Shown piece by piece: positions 52,804 to 64,000 of a stretch of DNA of 64,000 nucleotides. A program made the translations under genes and the position numbers. This stretch comes from Octopus sinensis (lineage: Eukaryota): assembly GCF_006345805.1 (NCBI RefSeq), contig NW_021833094.1, positions 23,599 through 87,598 on the forward strand, written 5' to 3'. Position 1 is the first letter of the stretch; every line of letters begins with the position of its first letter. The notes under the pieces were generated by a model. The model was not told the DNA's origin. It saw nothing but the letters and a program-made list of their open reading frames with translations, and made no database searches.

Positions 52804-52960
52804 AAGCAGCAGCAGTTGTAGTAGTAGTGGTAGTAGTAGTAGTTAATATATATCAACGTAACAATCCAACAAACTCTCCTTGAATTATACACGAACCAAC
52901 GAACAATATTCCGACGAACTATCAAAATGACGCCGTACGACGTCCTGCTATCAATGCCTC

Positions 52961-53015
<55 letters not shown>

Positions 53016-53057
53016 CTTCTCTCGCCCTCTCTTTCTCTCTTTTTCTCCAGTACATGA

Positions 53058-53167
53058 CCGGTACTTAGTTTATCGAAAGGATGAAGGTCAAATTAGACCC
53101 TGACGGCATTTGAACGCAGAACGTAGAGACGGACGGAATGTCGCTAAACATTTTGCCTGGCGGACTA
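53058..53167 (-). mobile_element. SINE family B, degenerate fragment
   Basis: ggtacttagtttatcgaaaggatgaagg...atttgaacgcagaacgtag. Confidence 0.65.
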
Positions 53168-53406
53168 TTGATGTAAGTTTAGGTCGTCTTTGTGTGAATT
53201 GGAATGCTATGCTCAAAAGGGCCGTAATTCATGATTAGGTAAGAACTAAATTACCCAAGGGAAATAACTGTAATGGATCAACGGAATGAAACTGCATAAT
53301 TAAAACTTAAATGACGGCATATTGAGTAAATTACGTTAAATACTTAATTAAAATCGAGAAAGAATGGATGAAAACAAAGCTTGCGACATTGCTTTAAGAG
53401 TCGCTA

Positions 53407-53444
<38 letters not shown>

Positions 53445-53445
53445 C

Positions 53446-53480
<35 letters not shown>

Positions 53481-53481
53481 C

Positions 53482-53513
<32 letters not shown>

Positions 53514-53645
53514 TGATGATGATGATGATGATGATGGTGATGATGATATGATGATTATAGTGATGATGGTGATATGATGATGATGATGATGATGATGATG
53601 GTGATGATGGTGAGATGATGATGATGATCATCATCATCATCATCA

Positions 53646-56016
53646 TTTAGCGTCCGTTTTCCATGCTAGCATGGGTTGGACGGTTCAATGGGGTCTGGGG
53701 AGCCCGAAGGCTGCACCAGGCCAGTCAGATCTGGCAGTGTTTCTACAGCTGGATGCCCTTCCTAACGCCACCACTCCGAGAGTGTAGTGGGTGATTTTAT
53801 GTGCCACCGACACAGGTGCCAGACGAGGCTGGCGAACGGCCACGCTCGGATGGTGTTTTTTATGTGCCACCGACACAGGTGCCAGACGAGGCTGGCAGAC
53901 GGCCACGCTCGATGGTGTTTTTATGTGCCACCGACACAGGTGCCAGATGAGCTGGCGGACGGCCACGATCGGATGGTGTTTGTTACGTCCCCAAAGCACG
54001 GGGCCAGTCTATGCGGTACTGGCTACGGCCACGTTCGGATGATTTTCTTGTGTGCCACCGGCACTGGTACCACAAAGATACAAATTCCATTGATGTTCAT
54101 CTATTTTGATTTGTTTTGATTTGATTTGATTTTCACTTGCCTCAACAGGTCTTCACAAGTGTCACAAGAAGGAAGGTATGCACAGTGGATGACTACGTCC
54201 CAGGTAGGGGCCACGGGTTATGGCCTGACTAGTCTTGCCGGGTCTTCGATGGTGTTTTTATGTGCCACCGACACAGGTGCCAGATGAGGCTGGCGAACGG
54301 CCACGATCGCATGGTGTTTGTTGCGTGCCCACAGCACGGAGGCCAGTCGATGCGGTACTGGCTACGGCCACTTCGGATGGTTTTCTTGTGTGCCACCGGC
54401 ACTGGTACCACAAAGATACAAATTCCATTGATGTTCATCTATTTTGATCTGATTTGATTTGATTTTCACTTGCCTCAACAGGTCTTCACAGGTCTTCACA
54501 AGTGTCACAAGAAGGAAGGAAGGTATGCACAGGTGGACTGACTACGTCCCAAGTAGGGCCATGGGTTATGGCCTGACTATCTTGCCGGTCTTCGGTTGGT
54601 GTTTTTATGTGCACCGACACAGGTGCCAGATGAGGCTGGCGGACGGCCACGATCGGATGGTGTTTGTTATGTGCCCACATCACAGAGGCCAGTCGATGCG
54701 GTACTGGCTACGGCCACACGTTCGGATGGTTTTCTTGTGTGCCACCGGTACTGGTACCACAAAGATACAAATTCCATTGATGTTCATCTATTTTGATTGG
54801 TTTGATTTGATTTGATTTGATTTGATTTGATTTTCACTTGCCTCAACAGGTCTACACAAGTGTCACACACTTGCCTCAACAGGTCTTCACAAGTGTCATA
54901 AGTAGGAAGGTATGCACAGGTGGACTGACTACGGTCGCCGGTCTTCGGATGGTGTTTTTTATGTGCCACCGACACAGGTGCCAGATGAGGCTGGCGAACG
55001 GCCACGATCGGATGGTTTTCTTGTGTGCCACCGGTACTGGAACCACAAAGATACAAATTCCATTGATGTTCATCTATTTTGATTTGGTTTGATTTTCACT
55101 TGCCTCAACAGGTCTTCACAAGTGTCACACGTGTCACACACTTGCCTCAACAGGTCTCCACAAGTGTCACACACTTGCCTCTGCCTCAACAGGTCTTCAC
55201 AAAGTGTCACACACCTGCCTCTGCCTCAACAGGTCTTCACAAGTGTCACACACTTGCCTCAACAGGTCTTCACAAGTGTCATAAGAGGGAAGGTAGCACA
55301 GGTGGACTGACTACGTCGCCGGGTTCTTGGATGGTGTTTTTATGTGCCACCGACACAGGTGCCAGATGAGGCTGGCGAACGGCCACGATCAGATGGTGTT
55401 TGTTGTGCCCACAGCACGGAGGCCAGTCGATGCGGTACTGGCTACGACCACGTTCGGATGGTTTTCTTGTGTGCCACCGGTACTGGAACCACAAAGATAC
55501 AAATTCCATTGATGTTCATCTATTTTGATTTGGTTTGATTTTCACTTGCCTCAACAGGTCTTCACAAGGGTCACACACTTGCCTCAACAGGTCTCCACAA
55601 GTGTCACACACTTGCCTCTGCCTCAACAGGTCTTCACAAGTGTCACACACTTGCCTCAACAGGTCTTCACAAGTGTCATAAGAGGGAAGGTATGCACAGG
55701 TGGACTGACTACGTCGCCGGTCTTCGGATGGTGTCTTTATGTGCCACCGACACAGGTGCCAGATGAGGCTGGCGAACGGCCACGATCGGATGGTGTTTGT
55801 TGTGCCCACAGCACGGAGGCCAGTCGATGCGGTACTGGCTACGGCCACGTTTGGGTGGTTTTTCTTGTGTGCCACCGGCACTGGTACCACAAAGAATACA
55901 ATTCCACTGATGTTCATATTTTTGATTTGTTTTGATTTGATTTTCACTTGCCTCAACAGGTCTTCATAAGTGTCACAAGAAGGAGGTATGCACAGGAGGA
56001 CTGACTACGTCCCAGA
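53646..56016 (-). mobile_element. SINE-like element G with an RTE-type 3' end and a greatly expanded internal tandem array
   Basis: The minus-strand 3' end reads ggcgttaggaagggcatccagctgtagaaac...ccgtccaacccatgctagcatggaaaacggacgctaaatgatgatg. The body is made of nested repeats. Confidence 0.8.
53795..56016. repeat. Higher-order tandem array: six 286-446-bp units with ~60-bp and ~31-bp sub-repeats
   Basis: The marker aaagatacaaattcc occurs at 54074, 54412, 54761, 55047, 55493 and 55891 (last one variant). Confidence 0.92.
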
Positions 56017-56030
56017 TGATACTAATTATA

Positions 56031-56111
<81 letters not shown>

Positions 56112-56169
56112 TAATTAAAAGGCTTTAAACCATTTTGTTTGTCGCACAATTGTTCTCAAGTTCTGTAAC

Positions 56170-56460
56170 CGCCCCACCATGCGCATCGCCAGTACGAACA
56201 CCAAAATCAACAACACTAGAGGCATCGCCAGAATCATCAACACACCACGAGCACCGATACCAGCCGACCAATATTTGGACCCGGAGATCTCCATTTCCAG
56301 CGACTTCAAGGGCCACCTCCCAGTGGTGTCGGTCGTCAACGAAGAGCTCTCGACTACAACAAGACGATCAAAGTTTTTTTTCAAGGTCTGGGGGTCTCCC
56401 GCCCCTAAGCCCTAGACCATCACCTAATCACCCTTATCCGTCTATTTGCTTAACAACAAC
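56170..56460 (+). mobile_element. Family F retroposon 3' end, longer copy
   Basis: Homologous to 42433-42624 from ~56264. Ends ttgcttaacaacaac. Confidence 0.75.
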
Positions 56461-56848
56461 AGCACCGATGCAAGGTCCGTCTGGCTCACCAATTCCAACA
56501 GCACCAGCGCTATCACTGTAACCACAACTGTTTACAATAGAAGCACATTGTCCGAGGGCCATATATCTTGTACAAGAAATTTCAAATCGATGAAATCATG
56601 TGTTACTAAGTTCTCTTGATCCATAGAAAACCAAAGAGTCGGTTGAGCAAAGCAGATAGTTACACAGCGGGGCAGAAATAGCATTGTCGTCATTCACTTA
56701 AAAACTGCAAGAATGTAGACGTGATGGCCACAGTTGGGATGCCAATTATTATACATGTGTTAGCTTAATGATGGCAGGCTTGAAGCAATGTGCTGTCTAA
56801 ACAAAACCAATTCGAGGTCAGCCATTGTATTTATCCATTTTCTCTTAC

Positions 56849-56904
<56 letters not shown>

Positions 56905-56927
56905 TACATATATATATATTATATATA

Positions 56928-56990
<63 letters not shown>

Positions 56991-57071
56991 TTATGTGTGT
57001 GAATCTAAAAAATTTTTCTCTCTCTCACATGCGCTTTTCCCCTCTCTCTCACTCTGTTCTCTCTCTCACTC

Positions 57072-57121
<50 letters not shown>

Positions 57122-57520
57122 TGCAACACCAAGTTTATGTACATTATTGGAAATAAAAGTTTTTGATGCTCTTTTGAAGAAAATATGACTGCAAGTCAGC
57201 TTTTAAATCAGTCTAGCGTAATAAATATGGTTATTTAATACGATTTGTCCAATGTCGCACTAAAAATAGGTCTGATAACGCCAGCCTGGCATGTGTCTTT
57301 GGAAACTTTGATATTGCTTTTCTCGTCAAATATGATTCATTGAGATAGTAGAATTGTCTGTTTAATTTAAGTTCCTGGCATTAATACAGCGGAAGAGGTG
57401 TTCATGGAGATTTTGGAATGGGTTGGAGGCGATTTGAGCCACAGGAACCGTTGTCTTCCTGGCATAAAACAGCAACTCATTTCGTGAATATATTGATGCT
57501 GTTATTATATAATGTATACA

Positions 57521-57575
<55 letters not shown>

Positions 57576-57772
57576 ATATATATATATATATGTGTGTGTG
57601 TGAGTATGTATGTATATCCTGTGCATCACCATCTATATATATATATATATATAAATATATATACATATATATATATATATTGATGTGTGAAGATATATAT
57701 ATGTAGGTACATATACAAAATGTGTCTATGTTTAAAATCTATGTATCTGTTTATTTACTTATCTATCTTCAC

Positions 57773-57870
<98 letters not shown>

Positions 57871-57960
57871 ATATATGTATGCATGTATGTAATTATATAT
57901 ATATGTATATACATATATATCTATATGCGTATATATAAATATGAATAAATATATATATAT

Positions 57961-57991
<31 letters not shown>

Positions 57992-58676
57992 GTTTGTATC
58001 TCTCTATATATACATATATGCATAGATACACATCTACATATATACGTACATATATTTACATGTAAGTATGTGTGTGTGCCCGCGCGCAGTAAACAAAATG
58101 TGGACACCTTGGTCGTGATACGTGTGAAATAACTGAAAAGGAGAAAGCCAAAATGTTCGAGGCTGGAAATGAATTCAAGGCCAATGCAAATATTAATTTT
58201 CAAAATTCATATTTATTGCATGACATGCACGCAATGCAATACAAATGATATATAGGCCTAAAGGGATCAGAATGAATTCATCGGGTTAGGGTACATAAGC
58301 AACAAATCACCAATCCTTCTTTTGGAAATGCTCCGTGTAGTAAGCATCTAGATATTTATGAAAATTTGTAAATTCAAAATATTCCGTTTTTGAAAATTAG
58401 GTAAAAAAAAATAACCCAAAGGAATCATATAGGAATGCTAAATCCAAAATTGAACCGGAAATATCCAATGCCACAACGAAAACCATCTACCTTTATACTT
58501 ATTTCTTGAAAATACGTGAGTTTGAAAAACTGAAAACAAGGGAAAGCGCTTACTATTACTAGTTACTACGACTATAGTGAAAAGTTGGTGTTTGTAAGAT
58601 ATTATACCGTGTCTTTAGGTGCAAGAAACACCCTGGGTTATGAGTCAACTTCTCATTTCCCCATCATGATATATTA

Positions 58677-59242
58677 TTGGGTTGTCCGAAAAGTTCGTGC
58701 CGATTTATAGTAGCTTAACTTTCGACTTATTTTAGAACATGTTTGAGTCCTTAAAATACGATTTGACTACACCTCCATTTAGAGCACAGTTTAAGCTATC
58801 TTTTCGAGGAAGAAAGTTTATGTTCCTATAACCAGTGTTAATTTTGCTACCCTTTAAAATGGAAGATAAGAAAGTTCATTTTCGGCACTTGATGCATTGG
58901 GAACCAGACAAAAATTGCTGCAGCTCGGCTGGGATGTGTTACCCTACCCTCCATATTCACCAGATATTGCTCCTTCGGATTTCCACTTATTCAGGTCTCT
59001 GCAGAATAATCTCAATGGTAAAAATTTCAATTCCTTAGATGACGTAAAAAGATACCTTGATGAATTCTTTGCCATGAAACCACCTCAATTCTGGGAAGAG
59101 GGTATATTCAAGTTAAAGGAAAGATGGAGACGCATTGTGCAACAAAATGGTTCGTATTTGGCTGATTAAAAATGTAATGGCAAGTATTTATTGACCTTTT
59201 TCTTTCCTTTAAAAATCGGCACGAACTTTCCGGACAACCCAA
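58677..59242 (+). mobile_element. Internally deleted mariner element (566 bp) with 30-bp TIRs and TA TSDs
   Basis: TIR ttgggttgtccg(a/g)aaagttcgtgccgattt with one mismatch. TA at 58675-58676 and 59243-59244. The N-terminus MEDKKVHFRHLM is joined to the C-terminus QKLLQLGWDVLPYPPYSPDIAPSDFHLFRSLQN...NGSYLAD* (YSPDLAP motif). Confidence 0.95.
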
Positions 59243-59399
59243 TATTTCCTTCTTGTTGTTCTATATCTTACTTTGACTCTCTTTTGAAAAATTCTGTTCT
59301 GGTTTCTCTTTGTTAAAATTGTAAAACGTCTCAATTACCAATTCTGTCTGCTTCTTCAGCAGTTCTGTGAAAATGGTCGACATAGATTTTACAAAGTTG

Positions 59400-60115
59400 C
59401 GCTGGTGGTATTGGTGCTGATATTGGTTGATGTGGTGGTGATTGTAGTGGTTGTGGTGGTGGTGATGGTGTGGTGGTGGTGGTGGTGGTGGTGGTGACTG
59501 AGAAGTGTCGATAATAATTCTAATTTCGGCTTTGGTGCTGTTTGGTGATAGTGGTGTTATTGATGGTGGTAGTGGTGGAGGTTTGGGTGGTGGCGATGGT
59601 AGTGGTGCTGTGCTACTGCTGGCGGCGATGGTGATAATGGTGGTGCTGTTAGTGACGATGTTGGTGGTGGTGGTGTTAGTGGTGGTGATAATGGTAGTGA
59701 TGGTAATATAGTGGTGGTGGTGGTGGTGGTGGTGGTGGTGTAGTGGTGGTGGTTGTGGTGATGGTGGCGGTGATGGTAGCGGGGGTGGGGGTGATGGTGG
59801 TGATGGTGATGGTGATGGTAATATGGTGGTGGTGGTAGTGATGTTGGTGGTGGTGGTGATGATGATGGTGGTGGTGGTGGTGGTAGTGGTGATGGTGGTG
59901 GTGATGGTGATGGTGGTGCTGGTGCTGGTGCTGATGGTAATGTTGGTGCTGGTGGTGATGTTGGTGCTGGTAGTGATGTTGGTGGTGCTGTTGCTGGTGC
60001 CGGTGGTGATGGTGGTGGTGGTGGTGATGATGTTGCTGGTGTTGCTGGTGGTGATGATGGTGGTGGTGGTAGCAGTTGTGACTGTGATGTTGGTGACGTC
60101 GTGAGGGGCAGTGAT
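59400..60115. repeat. (GGT)n/(GAT)n low-complexity array
   Basis: Direct reading. The 378-aa Thr/Pro/His ORF is an artefact. Confidence 0.9.
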
Positions 60116-60645
60116 GGTCATGGCGATGATGATAGCGCTGCTAGTGATAAATGTGCTTCTAGTGGATTGCCATGTCCTTTTGTTTGTTTTTTCTTTGTCT
60201 TTTTTAACCTGTGTTTCATTTACATTGTTCGAAAATATTTGGTGCGTGTTTATGGCTTCCAAGTTTGTTGCGAACAAATCTCCCATCACCTCCAGAAGAA
60301 GCCATTTTAAATCAGGAGAAAACAATCTATGAGATATAAAACACGTCCAACGATTCATACATTTCCGCTCTAAGGCTGGCGGCTTTATCGTTCTCAAACT
60401 CTTCGTTATTAACGTGATATAAAAAAGAAATACGGCCTTTTCTCTAAATAAAAACCCGAAAAATTTATTTATTTCCTGAAAGATGCGGTAAATAACGTTC
60501 GTTTCTTCTCATCCAACAGCAAAGTGTCGATTATGCCGGACAAAACAACAGCTACAGGTCGGACCGGACCGATTCCAGTACTTAACTAATAATTTATTTC
60601 AATAATAGTTAACATTAATATAATAATAATAATAAAATAATAATA

Positions 60646-60721
<76 letters not shown>

Positions 60722-60778
60722 AAGAAGAAGAAGAAGAATGATGATAATAATAATAATAGCATATTACCAGCCATAGTG

Positions 60779-61179
60779 ATGGCGTATTACCAGCCAATGT
60801 ACGCCACTAGCCCAGAAGGAATATAAGAGATGCCACGACAATATAGCCAGGCTTGTCCATTGTACACTCTGCAACAAGTATGAAGTTGACAGAGAAAAAA
60901 ATTGGTATGTCCACAAACATAAAGGCATCATCGAAAATAGAAATGCAAAGATCCTATGTGATTTTATGATTCAGTGCAACCGTGAGATAGAGAATAGGAA
61001 GCCAGACATAGTCTTAAATAAGAAAGAAAGCAAACTATGCCGGATCATAGATATAGCATGCCCAGATGACAACAAGGTATGCGATAAGGAAGAAAGAAAA
61101 GTCGAGAGATATGACAGGTTAGCTTGGGAGGTGAAGCAGTTGTGGTCGATGAAAAAGGTGGTAGTAGCACCAATAATTG
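60779..61179 (+). pseudogene. R4/Dong-like LINE fragment: end of the zinc-knuckle region and the restriction-like endonuclease
   Basis: Open frame ITSQCTPLAQKEYKRCHDNIARLVHCTLC...WYVHK...ILCDFMIQCNREIENRKPDIVLNKKESKLCRIIDIACPDD...ERYDRLAWEVKQLWSMKKVVVAPII, containing the RHD/PD..D signature. Preceded by (AAT)n(GAA)n. Confidence 0.9.
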
Positions 61180-62383
61180 CCAACAACACAATTCAAAGAA
61201 TAGTAACGTTTTTCGTGTGGATCATGTGATGACAAATTTCGTTAAAAGAGAAATGTTTCCCTGTTACGTTTTTCCTTCCATTCTTTTAAAGCAAATATTT
61301 CTGTGTTAATTTTTGTATGTCTTTTTTATTTTATCCTTAATTCACAGGTTGCTATTTCATGGACCTATCCTACTTTATTTGACACGATTGACAGCAAGAT
61401 AATCTCTTAGGCGAATTAAAGTAGACGCCATTTTGAACGCTATTATATTTTAACTCAAACGTAAAAAAAACACAGCGATAGATTTAGTAATGTTAATTAA
61501 AAAAATGCCATAACACATTTACGAACATTGCGTAATCAAACTAGAGAAATAGAAGGTGAGGTTCTCAATATGCAGCAAGTCGAAGATAAAAAATAGGTGA
61601 AGTATTCTACGAAAGTCTACGACCCCCTCCTTGTCGAGAAAAGAAAGAGATGGGAAGTGACAAACCTTGAAAAAACACAAAAAGCTTATATATGCCTTCG
61701 TATGAGTTGTTATAGGAAACCCTTATCGATATGTCGAACGATGTAAATGTGTATTTTCTGGAAACAGTAACACGATAATATATTCTGGAATTTATTTTTA
61801 AAAATTACGTTTATATATTTGTTTTGCAAGATTTTTTTATCTGAAATCGTGTGATGAAACAGATGTTGTTGTATTTAGGAATGGTCATAGACACACATAG
61901 AGGAATACGCATGCGCAAATGAAGACACATACAATAGAAATACAAAATACAAAATGGCTGACCGTTAGTAAGGAGATACACACAAATAAGAAGGAAGAAA
62001 ACAAAGGACCACTGATGTAGTCACAGGAGTGTGATGAAAGAACTCTGGCCGAAATAAGATTAAGATTAATGTAAAAAATAAATAATGCTGAAGCAAAGTA
62101 ACACCAAATATATAGTGCGTGTGTTTTTATTGGCTAAACTGACAAAATGACCATTCCTAAATACAACAATATTTTTTTTAAATGCTCTCTTTGCATGAAT
62201 GAATTCACGTACAAAAATAACTCGTTTAGTTTAATATATACTCCGATTGAATTTTCAAAACACGACGGGACAGCAACATAAAAACCAGTAAGTATATAAA
62301 TTGAAATGGTGATATTTAAACCAGTTCAAACCAGTGCAAATACATTTAGGCCTTTACGTTACTAAAGAGAACTTTCTCACAAA

Positions 62384-62493
62384 GGCAGTGAGCTGGCAGA
62401 ATCATTAGCACGCTGGACAAAATGCTTAGCGTATTTCTGCCGTCACTACGTTCTGAGTTCAAATTCCACTAAGGTCAGCTTTGCCTTTCTTCC
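62384..62493 (+). mobile_element. SINE family B head, cut off by a family A copy
   Basis: ggcagtgagctggcagaatcattagcacg...ctgagttcaaattcc. Confidence 0.85.
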
Positions 62494-62494
62494 A

Positions 62495-62912
62495 GGCGTA
62501 GGAGTGGCTGTGTGATAAGTAGCTTGCTTACGAATCACACTGTTCCGGGTTCAGTCCCACTGCGTGGAAGCTTGGGCAAGTGTCTTCTACTATAGCCTCG
62601 GACCGACCAAAGCCTTGTGAGTGGATTTGGTAGACGGAAACTGAAAGAAGCTCGTCGTATATATGTATATATATATGTATGTATGTGTGTATATGTTTGT
62701 GTGTCTGTGTTTGTCCCATCATCATCGCTTGACAACCGATGCTGGTTTGTTTACGTCCCGCAAATTAGCAGTTCGAAAAAAGAGACCGATAGAATAAGTA
62801 CTAAGCTTATAAAGAATAAGTCCTGGGGTCAGTTTGCTCGACTAAAAATGCAGTGCTCCAGCATGGCCGCAGTCAAATAACTGAAACAAGTAAAAGAGTT
62901 AAAAGAGTAAAA
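62495..62912 (+). mobile_element. SINE family A, full length
   Basis: Full head, central microsatellite and tail ending gtaaaagagttaaaagagtaaaag. Confidence 0.92.
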
Positions 62913-63749
62913 GCCGTAACTCCGATGACAAACAAAACTATTCAATCAATAAAGATCGATAAAAATAAAATCCAGACTAAACACTGGATTTCATGAAATG
63001 GTCAAAAAATCCCGAAGTGAATGCTCCAGCATGGGAGAGCTTCAATGACCAAAACTAGAAACAATAAATGGATACTGCTATGAATCACAATATCGATCCG
63101 TTAAAGAGAGATATTTAACTCGAGGCTAAATAGGACACTGAAATCTATCTGGTGAAACAATCTAACAATCTCACAACAAATTCTTTGGATACTTTGCGTG
63201 CAATATTTCTACCTTATAGACGAAGAAGAAAACAGATCTTGGAATGAAATCGATAATTACATTTTGTTTATTATAAGATGATGGCGAAATAGTCTGGCAA
63301 GCAATTTGTAAATGTGTTTTATTTTTAGTCGTGAAAGTTTAATAGTTAAAATACAACGAAAAATATAAACGAATACATCTAAAAATAAGAGACCTGAATT
63401 ATATTTCAATACGTTGGTGGTTTTTAAAAGAATTATCATAATTTCATTAATCTCCATTTAATTGATCCCCTTATTGCACATTGCACTTTTAGATTAAGTT
63501 TTAGAAAATAATTTCTTTTCTCATTTTTATTCTTTCATTTTTGTCTTCTGTTTTCTGTTGTTGTTTTTGGTTACACATTTAAATAGTGTCTCATTTATCA
63601 AACCGGATTACCGTACTAACACAAATAGTACGATTATTTGAAAATTTGCTACGAATTATACATTTTATACACATATATATACACACACGCATTCGCACGC
63701 ACATACACTTACAAATATGTTTACATATATATAATAAACAGACGTGTGA

Positions 63750-63788
<39 letters not shown>

Positions 63789-64000
63789 TATGTATGATAT
63801 ATATATTACATATACATACTTATACACACACACGCGCATTATATATATATATATATATACATAAGAAAGAGAGATAGAAAGATTAGTACTTGCAAATTTT
63901 TCTTATCAGTTACACAGAAAAATTAATCGTTATTTTATAATCCACATCTAGAGGCTTTTTTCACTCTATGTTAAACTGTTCGTGATAATACATATATATA

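Noticed and set aside
53795-53960. HDV-like ribozyme in the gccagcctcgtctggc module (minus strand)
   Set aside because: It resembles the HDV P3/L3 string, but L3 is too short and no P1 partner or J4/2 C-x-A segment could be placed.
53795-56016. CRISPR-like array
   Set aside because: The sequence between repeats is itself repeated rather than unique spacers, there are no cas genes, and the context is eukaryotic.
56490-56527. 38-nt minus-strand mini-exon encoding VVTVIALVLLEL with a gtgagc donor
   Set aside because: It lies in CAC/CAG-rich low-complexity sequence beside a retroposon tail, which gives hydrophobic translations by default.

Overview
This is AT-rich eukaryotic DNA made mostly of microsatellites and interspersed repeats. 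It is most likely intronic or intergenic sequence from a coleoid cephalopod, probably Octopus. That assignment is inferred from my recollection of octopus SINE families and was not checked by a search. No complete host gene is visible. Nearly all ORFs in the supplied track are translations of simple repeats, and there is one plausible minus-strand internal exon at 778-959. The recognisable content is: (1) four tRNA-derived SINE families, labelled A-D here, plus a SINE-like element (G) with an RTE-type tail and an expanded internal array; (2) two Tc1/mariner relics, two R4/Dong-like LINE fragments with a restriction-like endonuclease (RLE), a Helitron-like element and several MITE-like inverted repeats; (3) a 550-bp non-coding element (E) found only in (AAT)n. 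The most interesting observations are: type-I minimal hammerhead-ribozyme motifs from three unrelated repeat families, one with a fully intact core at 51553-51588; SINE B multimers flanked by target-site duplications (TSDs) and joined at the same junction in two independent insertions; one SINE head carrying three different 3' tails; and retroelements that appear to sort by microsatellite type.
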